64,000 nt of DNA from Candidatus Methanomethylophilaceae archaeon. Lineage in GTDB: Archaea; Thermoplasmatota; Thermoplasmata; Methanomassiliicoccales; Methanomethylophilaceae. The notes under the pieces were generated by a model. The model saw nothing but the letters and a program-made list of their open reading frames with translations. It had not been told where the DNA came from and did not search any database. The stretch covers positions 90,007-154,006 of the forward strand of contig JBMNHS010000002.1 in NCBI GenBank assembly GCA_050950505.1. The letters run 5' to 3'. Below are positions 41,000-49,805 of this stretch, piece after piece. Both the position numbers and the translations under genes were made by a program. Every line of letters begins with the position of its first letter. Position 1 is the stretch's first letter.

Positions 41000-43120
41000 A
41001 TGTACAAAGTCGCTCTGTACGGAAAAGGGGGAATCGGAAAATCAACCGTCTCTTCGAACATATCTTACGTTTTGAGTTCCAAGGGTTATTCCGTATGCCA
41101 TATCGGTTGCGATCCCAAACATGATTCGACTAAGTCGATAACCATTGAAAAGAATCAGAGAACCGTGTTGGATGTGATACGGGATTACAAACAGGACGTG
41201 GTCGTCTCCGATTTGGTTTCGGAAGGATTGAACGGTATTTGCTGCATAGAAGTCGGCGGACCGGAACCCGGAATAGGATGCGCCGGTCACGGGATGGTCA
41301 CGGCCTTCGACAAACTGAACAAACTCGGATTTAAATCTGAGAATTTTGACGTCGTTCTTTATGATGTTCTGGGAGACGTCGTATGCGGCGGATTCGCAGT
41401 GCCTCTACGGAAAGACAACGCCGATGCGGTTTACATCATCACATCGGGAGAGTTCATGTCGATGTACGCCGCGAACAATATCATGAAAGGGATATTGAAC
41501 TTCAGTGAAGACCATCCTCGCGTTGCGGGACTCATATTGAACAAAAGGGGTTTGGAGAATGAATACGAACGAGTCAAAAGGTTTGCCGACGCCGTTGGTG
41601 TTCCAATCATCGCATCCATAGACCGAGACGAACACTTCCGTAAATCGGAAGTTGCCCGCAGACCCATATCCCAATTGTACCCGGATTCGGAACCGGTACG
41701 GGCCATCAATGAAATAGTCGATAATCTGGCCGCGTTAGTTGACGGACGCGGACAACTCTACTGTGCCAAACCTTTAAATGATGAACAGTTGGAGCAGTTG
41801 GCTTCAGGCAGACCGATTACAGGCTCCCAGGTTATCGATACCGCGGAAACTGAGCCGTTCGATCTGGAAACAAAACGGAATTTATTAAAAGTCTGCGCCA
41901 CAAAAGGGGCCGCAGTCATGGTAGTGTCCGGAATTAAAGACCTTCAAATCATAATACACGGACCCAAAAGTTGCGGTCATATGATAAACACGGCAATCAC
42001 CAATCACCGTATGCCCGGTTTCAACGGGGATTCCCTGGATTATTTGCCGTTGAATAAAGTGCATTGCACATGCATGGACGAAGTCTCCTCCATATACGGA
42101 GGAATACCGAAGCTGGAGGAACAAATATCCGAACTGCTTGCTTTGGGTAAGAAGAATTTTGTTATAATCACGACGTGCGTCTCCGGCATGCTGGGTGATG
42201 ACATAAAAGCTGTTGCGGACCGGGTAAGTAAAGAAAATCCGGATGTGACAGTGATAGACATTCCCGCGGACGGGGTGATGTCCGGAGATGACAAGGGCGG
42301 ACGTATAATCGCTTTGAACAAACTCCTGGATTTGATATGCGTCACCAATACGGCCACAATTGACGGCGTTACGTTGTTCGATGAGTTTTACCGCAGATTC
42401 GAATCAAAAGAAAACAGAGAATCCATAGACAAAATATTCGGATTGATGGGACTGAAGTTGAATCTGAAGCTGTTTGAGGACTGCAGCGTCGAAGAGATAA
42501 TCGGAGCAAAGAAGAACCGATTCACCGTAATGGCAAGGGACAGCGACAACAACAAAATCATGAAGGCGGAACTTGAGAAGAAAGGAATTTCCGTGTACGA
42601 AAATCCGTTGCCCAAAGGGATTCCCGAATCCAAAAAATGGATTGCGGAATTTACCGCAGAAAACAATATAGACGGCACCCGAATCAGAACGTATCTTGAT
42701 TCAATTTGCAGGGAATACCAAGACAGCGTAAAAAAGAATTCACATATTTTCAGCGGCAAGAAGGTCGGAATATATTCAACAACAGAAACGGACTTCGAAT
42801 GGGTTCTTAACGTTTTGAAAGATTTGAACATCGATATAACAGGGATAGCGGTAACACCGGACAATTCTTCAAATTTCTTAAAAAACGGCGATTACGAAAA
42901 ACTTATTAAAAAAGTCAAAGGCAAAGATTTGTCAAAGACGATATCGGGATGGAATGCGGATTACATAATCGGAGACATGGCGTTGCCGGGGAGGAACCGA
43001 AAGAACACCCTCCATTTGGACTATAACGGTGTGTTCTGCGACCCGTCTCTGAATCTGATTGATAAACTTCTGAAACTGAACAACAATAAACGGGAGGGGT
43101 GGAAAGAATGGGGCATATGA
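41000..43120 (+). CDS. NifH - nitrogenase component-1 (NifD/E-like) fusion protein
   Basis: NifH motifs, then VCATKGA, HGPKSC, TTCVSGMLGDDI (three cluster Cys). Confidence 0.9.
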   Translation: MYKVALYGKGGIGKSTVSSNISYVLSSKGYSVCHIGCDPKHDSTKSITIEKNQRTVLDVIRDYKQDVVVSDLVSEGLNGICCIEVGGPEPGIGCAGHGMVTAFDKLNKLGFKSENFDVVLYDVLGDVVCGGFAVPLRKDNADAVYIITSGEFMSMYAANNIMKGILNFSEDHPRVAGLILNKRGLENEYERVKRFADAVGVPIIASIDRDEHFRKSEVARRPISQLYPDSEPVRAINEIVDNLAALVDGRGQLYCAKPLNDEQLEQLASGRPITGSQVIDTAETEPFDLETKRNLLKVCATKGAAVMVVSGIKDLQIIIHGPKSCGHMINTAITNHRMPGFNGDSLDYLPLNKVHCTCMDEVSSIYGGIPKLEEQISELLALGKKNFVIITTCVSGMLGDDIKAVADRVSKENPDVTVIDIPADGVMSGDDKGGRIIALNKLLDLICVTNTATIDGVTLFDEFYRRFESKENRESIDKIFGLMGLKLNLKLFEDCSVEEIIGAKKNRFTVMARDSDNNKIMKAELEKKGISVYENPLPKGIPESKKWIAEFTAENNIDGTRIRTYLDSICREYQDSVKKNSHIFSGKKVGIYSTTETDFEWVLNVLKDLNIDITGIAVTPDNSSNFLKNGDYEKLIKKVKGKDLSKTISGWNADYIIGDMALPGRNRKNTLHLDYNGVFCDPSLNLIDKLLKLNNNKREGWKEWGI

Positions 43121-44367
43121 ACAATGATACGGACCTGGACGGATTGTTCGGGGCATTATTGTCGATATACAGCATAAGGGAGTTCAGAGTGTTGTTTCAC
43201 GGACCCGACGGTTGCAGAAAGTATTTTTCGATGGTATCCGGCTTATCCAACCGAAACTCCGAAGGATTGAAAGGACATCCGGATGAAGATGACGGTGTGA
43301 AAATTTTCGGAACAAGCATGAGTGCCGACGATTTTTTCTCGGACAGTTCCAAAAAAATAAGGAAGAGCGTCGACCTGATACGGAAACTGACAAAGGATCC
43401 CGTTGTGATTCTGCCGTCTCCCGGTGCATCGCTTCTCGGTGTGGATTATAACAACATATGTGCGGATTATGACAACCTCTTAGTCATCGACAGTTCCTTT
43501 GCGTTGAAATCCTTCTATGAAGCATTCGATGAGACCACTCTTAAAATGATAAAGTGGCTCTTACCGGACAAAAATAAAAATCGCAATAACACCGTCAATA
43601 TAATCGGTATCAATCCCTGTTCCAGATGCAAGGATTATTTTATTGATGAGTTGACAGATTTGTTGAAATCAATGGGTATAGACGTGATATGTTGTTTGGG
43701 ATCGGATACTTCAATAAAGACCATAGAGGATTCCGTCAATGCATCCGTCAACATCCTCATATCCCCTGAGTACGGAATCAAGACCGCAGAATATTACAAA
43801 GAAGTCTACGGCATACCTTACATATCGGATTCCGACGGAGCGCCGGTCGGATTTGACTCCATAACTTCATTGGTCGGAAAGATAACGGAGGTGATGCATG
43901 TTTCCGGAACCGGACCGTTGAACGCAATTTCAAAAGCAAAAAAACAAGCATATGCGGGTCTCATGAGAAACCGCGGCGGCGAGTTTGATAAAATCCGGTA
44001 TGCAATTTCAGGCGACGTCTCCATAGTTCTTCCGTTGATAAAATGGCTTAACAGGTCATTTTCCATGGTTCCGTGTTCCGTTTCCATAAACCAACATGAC
44101 GACGGAAGATATGCGGCCGCCGTCGACAGTTTCCTTGAATCCATTGACTGCTGTGATTGTTTGAATGCACCGTTGCCCGACAATGTCGATCTTCTGATTT
44201 CCGACAAAGTGTATTCAAAGTTATTTTTCGCATCCGGCGGTTGCAGGGCATACATAGGATTGGATGTGCTGTCCTCAGGAATCTACGATTTGATGGACAG
44301 GCCCATTCTGGGACTGCAGGGAACCAAGTTCATACTGGATACCATGATCAACCTGCCTCACACCTGA
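43117..44367 (+). CDS. Nitrogenase component-1-like second subunit (NifK/N-like, divergent)
   Basis: DGLFGAL, HGPDGC, SPGASLLG, VNIIG, YGIPY, PVGF, PILG..G; ATGA overlap with the fusion gene. Confidence 0.82.
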   Translation: MNNDTDLDGLFGALLSIYSIREFRVLFHGPDGCRKYFSMVSGLSNRNSEGLKGHPDEDDGVKIFGTSMSADDFFSDSSKKIRKSVDLIRKLTKDPVVILPSPGASLLGVDYNNICADYDNLLVIDSSFALKSFYEAFDETTLKMIKWLLPDKNKNRNNTVNIIGINPCSRCKDYFIDELTDLLKSMGIDVICCLGSDTSIKTIEDSVNASVNILISPEYGIKTAEYYKEVYGIPYISDSDGAPVGFDSITSLVGKITEVMHVSGTGPLNAISKAKKQAYAGLMRNRGGEFDKIRYAISGDVSIVLPLIKWLNRSFSMVPCSVSINQHDDGRYAAAVDSFLESIDCCDCLNAPLPDNVDLLISDKVYSKLFFASGGCRAYIGLDVLSSGIYDLMDRPILGLQGTKFILDTMINLPHT

Positions 44368-44611
44368 GACCTTCCCGACCTAACAAGGAACTCCGATTCG
44401 AAACGTAATCATACGGAAAGAACACAATCTTCCGATAACTTCCATTTGATTTGACAGAGTTTCAAATCAATGAGATTCAGATAAAAGATTTCCGAATATC
44501 CCAAGTAAAACCGTCTAAATGTAAACGGATTCCAACGAATCACGCATCTGTTTCGTATAAAACCAAATCAATGTAAACCCAATACCATTACAGGCCGGAT
44601 TCAAAGATAAG

Positions 44612-45262
44612 ATGATCAAAGCAATATTGTTCGACATGGACGGTGTTCTGATTGACACCGAGAGGATCAACCTCAGATTCACCATTGAGGCCGCCAAGGA
44701 TTTCGGATTCGATCTGAAGCCGGAAGATGCACTGAAGCAAAGAAGCACTGCGCCGGAGGAGTCTGACCGATACTACCGTTCCGTGTACGGCGAAGATTTT
44801 GATTTTTATGCCATACGGGATGAACGGAGAAGACGTATGCGTGATTTTATCGAAGAAAACGGTTTGGATCTCAAAGAAGGTGTCAGAGAAGTTTTTGAAC
44901 ATCTTGAAAAAATGAATCTGAAGAAAGCGGTGGTCACATCCACACAATACGACAGAGCGATGAACTACATCCGAATGCTGGGTATAGAAAACAGATTTGA
45001 TGCCATCGTTTCCGCATCCATGGTTGAACGCGGAAAACCCTATCCAGATGTTTATCTTTATGCCACGGAAAAAATCAACGAGAAACCTGAAAACTGCATT
45101 GCGGTTGAAGACTCGCCCAACGGCGTCCGCGCCGCATACGGGGCAGGTTGCAAAGTAGCCATTTTTCCCGATCTGACCGAACCCGACGAAGAGATGCGCA
45201 ACATGGGAACCTGGGTGCTGAAGTCCATGGAAAGCCTCATCGGAATCTTGGACGAATCATAG
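44612..45262 (+). CDS. HAD family phosphatase (beta-PGM-like)
   Basis: FDMDGVLIDT, VTS, GKPYPD, EDSPNG. Confidence 0.92.
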   Translation: MIKAILFDMDGVLIDTERINLRFTIEAAKDFGFDLKPEDALKQRSTAPEESDRYYRSVYGEDFDFYAIRDERRRRMRDFIEENGLDLKEGVREVFEHLEKMNLKKAVVTSTQYDRAMNYIRMLGIENRFDAIVSASMVERGKPYPDVYLYATEKINEKPENCIAVEDSPNGVRAAYGAGCKVAIFPDLTEPDEEMRNMGTWVLKSMESLIGILDES

Positions 45263-45377
45263 GAAAAATGATTATTCGGCAATCTCTTCCATCGATTGAT
45301 TCCAAGGATATCCATGGACAAAATATCAATTTCGAAAAGATAAAAATTTTTTATTTTCAAACATAATAAAAATTAAG

Positions 45378-45405
45378 CTTTATATATAGAGTTGACTTGT
45401 CAACT
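45378..45405 (+). promoter_or_regulatory. TATA box followed by a palindromic operator, probable MarR autoregulatory site
   Basis: TTTATATATA then AGTTGAC-TT-GTCAACT (45390-45405). Confidence 0.65.
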
Positions 45406-45408
45406 AAT

Positions 45409-45834
45409 GTGGATTGGAAAGCGGAGAGGCATATCACACCAAGAGTGATAAAGCAATACTTGGACAAAAAAATGACTGCCCGCATGGAATCGCTGGGATT
45501 GCAGGGTTCCCAGGGGGCGTATCTGATGACCGTGGCCGAGATTCCCGGGGCGTCCATGAAAGAAGTGTCGGCATACATGATTGTGGACAAATCAATCACA
45601 ACCCGCACCATGGGTGCGTTAATCGATGCGGGTTTTGTATCAAACGAAAGCAGGGATGCAAGGCGTTACAGTCTGGTACTCACTGAGAAAGGGAAAGACG
45701 CGGTGAAAGTAATCGAGAAGATATCCAACGAAATTTGGGAGGAGCTTCTCTCCGATCTTACCGAACAGGAATTGGCCGCCTTCAAATCGGCACTCGCCAA
45801 AATAAACGCCAAATTCAACGAGGAGACCGATTGA
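45409..45834 (+). CDS. MarR family regulator (GTG start inferred)
   Basis: VDKSITTR..LIDAGFV...DARRYSLVLTEKG. Confidence 0.88.
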   Translation: MDWKAERHITPRVIKQYLDKKMTARMESLGLQGSQGAYLMTVAEIPGASMKEVSAYMIVDKSITTRTMGALIDAGFVSNESRDARRYSLVLTEKGKDAVKVIEKISNEIWEELLSDLTEQELAAFKSALAKINAKFNEETD

Positions 45835-47585
45835 TGATTTTCAAATATATCAACAGAAAAGAATGGTCCCTTGTTGCCGTATGTTTAGTTCTGGTATGTT
45901 TCCAGGTCTATCTCGAATTGGAAATTCCGGGATATATGGCTCAAATCACGACTTTGCTTACCACGGGCGGAACAGTTGAGCAAATCATGAACCAGGGGTG
46001 GCCCATGATCGGTGCCGCACTCGGAAGTTTATTGATGGCAATTCTTGTCGGAGCCGTCGCCGCATACATTGCGGCGTCTTTGGCTCAGCGTCTGCGCAAG
46101 TTGCAGTTTGACAAAGTGGGATTGTTCTCCAAGGCTGAAACCGGCAAATTCTCTCTTGCAAGCCTCATAACGCGTTCCACAAACGATATCACTCAGGTTC
46201 AGACCGCTTTTGCAATAGGGATGCAGGTCATCATGAGAGCACCGATAATGGCAATATGGGCTCTCGTGAAAATTTCAAGCAAGGATATGACCTGGACTCT
46301 GGCGATGGCCGTTGCCATAGCGGTTCTGATGTCAACGATATCCGTTGTGATGTACCTCGTAATACCGCGTTTCAAGATAATGCAAAGGTTAACGGACAAT
46401 GTCAACCGCATAACCGAGGAAGGGTTGACCGGAGTGAGGGTGGTCCGCGCATACAATGCAGAGAGTTACCAGGAGGCCAAGTTCGAGGTTGCCAATGATG
46501 ATTTGACATCCACGAATCTGTTCACAAGCCGTACCATGGCGGTCATGTCTCCCATAATATCTACGGTAATGAGCCTGCTTTCTTTGTCAATATACATCAT
46601 CGGCGCGATTTTGATATCCGCCGCACCGAGTCTCAACCTAAGACTGGAATTGTTCTCGGATATGATTGTATTCTCATCCTATGCGATGCAGGTGGTCATG
46701 GCGTTTATGATGTTGGTGCTGATTTTCATGATCGTCCCGCGCGCCGCCGTGGCAGCCAGACGCATTGAGGAAGTGATCGATACCGAACCCTCCATCGAAA
46801 ACGGCAACATAAGCGAATCTCCCGAAGGGAAAGAAGGGGAAATAGAGTTCAGAAACGTGTCGTTCAGATACCCGGGCGCAGCGGACAGTGTGTTGGAAGA
46901 CGTCAGTTTCAAAGTTGAAAAAGGGGAAACCGTGGCGTTCATAGGTTCAACCGGAAGCGGCAAAAGCACGTTGATAAATCTCGTTCCGCGTTTTTATGAC
47001 GTGACGGGAGGGCAGATACTTGTTGACGGGGTTGACGTCCGCGATTACGAACTTGATGTTCTTCACGGAAAAATCGGGTATGTGCCGCAGAAAGCGATCT
47101 TATTTTCCGGCACGGTGGAAAGCAACGTGAATTACGGGGATACTGACGATAAACGAACGCTGGATGATGTGAAGAAAGCCGTGGCCATCGCTCAGGGAAC
47201 GGATTTCGTGGAGAAGATGGAAAACGGTTACGAAGGCGCAATATCGGAAAGCGGAACAAATCTGTCCGGGGGACAGAAACAACGTTTGGCCATCGCCCGT
47301 GCAATCTGCAGGAAACCGGAATTTTTCATTTTTGACGATTCATTCTCCGCTCTCGATTACAAAACGGACAGGATTCTGAGGGATGCTTTGAAGAAAGAAA
47401 CCTCGGGAGTCACCAGTTTGATTGTGGCACAAAGAATAGGGACCATCATGGAAGCCGATACGATAGTGGTATTGGACGAAGGCCGTGTTGCCGGGATTGG
47501 GAAACACAGGGATTTGCTGGAAAATTGTGAAGTGTACAGAAGCATCGCTTTTTCTCAATTGTCTGAAAAGGAGTTGATGGCATGA
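45834..47585 (+). CDS. ABC exporter, heterodimer half 1 (TMD+NBD, degenerate Walker B DD)
   Basis: SLITRSTND, GSTGSGKST, LSGGQKQR, FDDSFSALD, AQR. Confidence 0.94.
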   Translation: MIFKYINRKEWSLVAVCLVLVCFQVYLELEIPGYMAQITTLLTTGGTVEQIMNQGWPMIGAALGSLLMAILVGAVAAYIAASLAQRLRKLQFDKVGLFSKAETGKFSLASLITRSTNDITQVQTAFAIGMQVIMRAPIMAIWALVKISSKDMTWTLAMAVAIAVLMSTISVVMYLVIPRFKIMQRLTDNVNRITEEGLTGVRVVRAYNAESYQEAKFEVANDDLTSTNLFTSRTMAVMSPIISTVMSLLSLSIYIIGAILISAAPSLNLRLELFSDMIVFSSYAMQVVMAFMMLVLIFMIVPRAAVAARRIEEVIDTEPSIENGNISESPEGKEGEIEFRNVSFRYPGAADSVLEDVSFKVEKGETVAFIGSTGSGKSTLINLVPRFYDVTGGQILVDGVDVRDYELDVLHGKIGYVPQKAILFSGTVESNVNYGDTDDKRTLDDVKKAVAIAQGTDFVEKMENGYEGAISESGTNLSGGQKQRLAIARAICRKPEFFIFDDSFSALDYKTDRILRDALKKETSGVTSLIVAQRIGTIMEADTIVVLDEGRVAGIGKHRDLLENCEVYRSIAFSQLSEKELMA

Positions 47586-49399
47586 GTCCTCCTCCGGGCT
47601 TTATGGGCAGACCCAAACACGGCAAAATAAAGGGAGAGAAACCCAAATCTTTCAGCAATGCATGGAAAAAGCTCTTTTCATATTTGGAAAGATACAAAAT
47701 TGCTGTATGGATTGCGATGATATTCGCATTCATCGGCACCGCATTCACGTTGATAGGTCCGAACAAACTCAGCGATCTGACGGATTTGGTAAAGGATGGT
47801 CTGGTATCCGGCAATGTGGATATGGTTGCCGTTTGGGAAATCGGATATTTCCTGATTGCCATATATGCCGCCAGCGCAATTCTGACGTTCTTGCAGAATT
47901 ACATCATGGCCACCGTATCGCAGAAGACCGCATTGAGACTCCGTACGGACGTTTCGAAAAAGATCAACCGTCTTCCTTTGAAGTATTTTGACAGTTCCAG
48001 CAAAGGGGACATACTGAGCCGCACTACCAACGACATAGACACGTTGGGACAGTCCATGAATCGGAGTCTGGGCACGTTGATTACATCGGTGACCATGCTG
48101 ATAGGTTCCGTGGTCATGATGGCTTATACGAACATGTCAATGATGATTGTCACGGTTCTGTCATCTCTGGCCGGTTTCGTCCTGATGACCCTGATAGTCA
48201 AACGGTCTCAGAAATATTTCGTCAAACAACAGGAATACTTGGGCAAGATGAACGGTCACGTGACGGAAATCTATTCTTCGCATGATGTGGTCAAGGTATA
48301 CAACGGACAGAAAAACGCCACCAAGGAGTTCGACACCATAAACGAAGGTCTGGCGAGCAGCGCGTTCATGTCCCAGTTCCTTTCCGGACTCATGATGCCG
48401 TTGATGAATTTCATCGGCAATCTCGGATATGTGGTTGTGTGCATCTTCGGTGCAATCATGGTCATAAACGGAAACATAACCATAGGCGTCATCGTGGCAT
48501 TCATGATTTACGTACGTCTCTTCACACAGCCGATGTCTCAGCTGGCACAGGCTTTCACGGGCATGCAGTCCGTGGCCGCTTCGGCGGAAAGAGTCTTTGA
48601 ATTCATAGAAGAAGAGGAATTGCCCTCCGAAGAAGATCTTATTCATAAAATGGAGAACGTCAGGGGACACGTGGAATTCAGAGACGTGCACTTTGGCTAC
48701 GTCCCCGGAAAAGAAGTCATCCGCGGATTCTCCGCAACGGTGGAACCGGGTCAGAAAGTTGCCATTGTCGGACCTACGGGAGCGGGAAAAACCACCCTGG
48801 TCAATTTGCTCATGAAGTTCTACGAAACGGACGGCGGCGACATCCTTGTGGACGGCGTTTCAATCAAAGACATGAAACGCAGCGATGTTCACGAACTCTT
48901 CTGCATGGTGTTGCAGGATACCTGGATTTTCGAAGGCACCGTCAGGGAGAACATCGTCTATTCGAAAATGAATGCGACGGATGAAGAAGTGATAGAGGCC
49001 TGCAAAGCCGTAGGAGTCGATCACTTCATACGGACGTTGCCCAACGGATATGACACGATGCTTGACAACACCGCTTCGCTTTCCGTGGGACAGAGGCAGC
49101 AGATCACTATTGCACGTGCGATGGTGGAAAATGCTCCGATGCTCATATTGGACGAGGCAACAAGCTCCGTCGACACGAGAACCGAGAGAATGATTCAGAA
49201 TGCGATGGATGCCATGACCGGCGGGCGTACGTCTTTCGTCATCGCCCACCGTCTTTCCACGATCAAGAATTCGGATATGATATTGTTGATGAAAGACGGT
49301 AATATCGTCGAACAGGGAACTCACGAAGAGCTTCTTGCTTTGGGCGGAGAGTATGAGGAACTGTACAACAGTCAGTTTGAAGATATGTCGGCAATATGA
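47582..49399 (+). CDS. ABC exporter, heterodimer half 2
   Basis: GPTGAGKTT, LSVGQRQ, LDEATSSVD, AHRLST. Confidence 0.94.
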   Translation: MSPPPGFMGRPKHGKIKGEKPKSFSNAWKKLFSYLERYKIAVWIAMIFAFIGTAFTLIGPNKLSDLTDLVKDGLVSGNVDMVAVWEIGYFLIAIYAASAILTFLQNYIMATVSQKTALRLRTDVSKKINRLPLKYFDSSSKGDILSRTTNDIDTLGQSMNRSLGTLITSVTMLIGSVVMMAYTNMSMMIVTVLSSLAGFVLMTLIVKRSQKYFVKQQEYLGKMNGHVTEIYSSHDVVKVYNGQKNATKEFDTINEGLASSAFMSQFLSGLMMPLMNFIGNLGYVVVCIFGAIMVINGNITIGVIVAFMIYVRLFTQPMSQLAQAFTGMQSVAASAERVFEFIEEEELPSEEDLIHKMENVRGHVEFRDVHFGYVPGKEVIRGFSATVEPGQKVAIVGPTGAGKTTLVNLLMKFYETDGGDILVDGVSIKDMKRSDVHELFCMVLQDTWIFEGTVRENIVYSKMNATDEEVIEACKAVGVDHFIRTLPNGYDTMLDNTASLSVGQRQQITIARAMVENAPMLILDEATSSVDTRTERMIQNAMDAMTGGRTSFVIAHRLSTIKNSDMILLMKDGNIVEQGTHEELLALGGEYEELYNSQFEDMSAI

Positions 49400-49416
49400 G
49401 GTAAAGAGGGTATTTG

Positions 49417-49516
49417 TGTCGGGTATACCCTAAACTTTGTGCTTAACGCCTATTTAGTTTAGGGTATACCCTAAAAACTATGTAAAATATGCATCAAATT
49501 TAGGGTATACCATAAA
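49417..49516. repeat. Three palindromic 18-bp repeats (TTTAGGGTATACCCTAAA) at 41-bp period
   Basis: GGGTATACC cores start at 49421, 49462 and 49503; 23-bp unrelated spacers. Confidence 0.9.
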
Positions 49517-49624
49517 CCATTGAATCAAAAACGATTTTGATATCAAACTTTATTGTACGGCATGTAACTGAAGGCAACATTATTGTGGTAAATACTGTGC
49601 AATATATATTGAATGATTCTTAAT

Positions 49625-49656
49625 CTGTTTCACAACACACTGTTTCACAACACACT
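49625..49656. repeat. 15-bp tandem duplication CTGTTTCACAACACA x2
   Basis: Exact adjacent copies. Confidence 0.9.
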
Positions 49657-49805
49657 AAAAGATTTTTATTGATAATCGACTGTTTCAGGACGCGAGAAAA
49701 TCTGTAGAACTTATTATTTTATCGAGGATTTAAATATATAAACCATTGTTAAAATACTTGAAATGCATATTGCATTTAAAAAGATTACTGACAGTTAAGA
49801 AATAC

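Noticed and set aside
36726-44367. True N2-fixing nitrogenase or F430 CfbCD
   Set aside because: No FeMo-co ligand motifs or nifB/E/N seen; the H-D fusion plus a second subunit and the lack of cfbA/B/E do not fit CfbCD
45260-45298. Pyl read-through at the HAD TAG stop
   Set aside because: The domain is already complete and read-through adds only about 12 residues before TGA; no evidence of function
49417-49516. CRISPR array
   Set aside because: Only three 18-bp repeats with 23-bp spacers, shorter than typical, and no cas genes in the window
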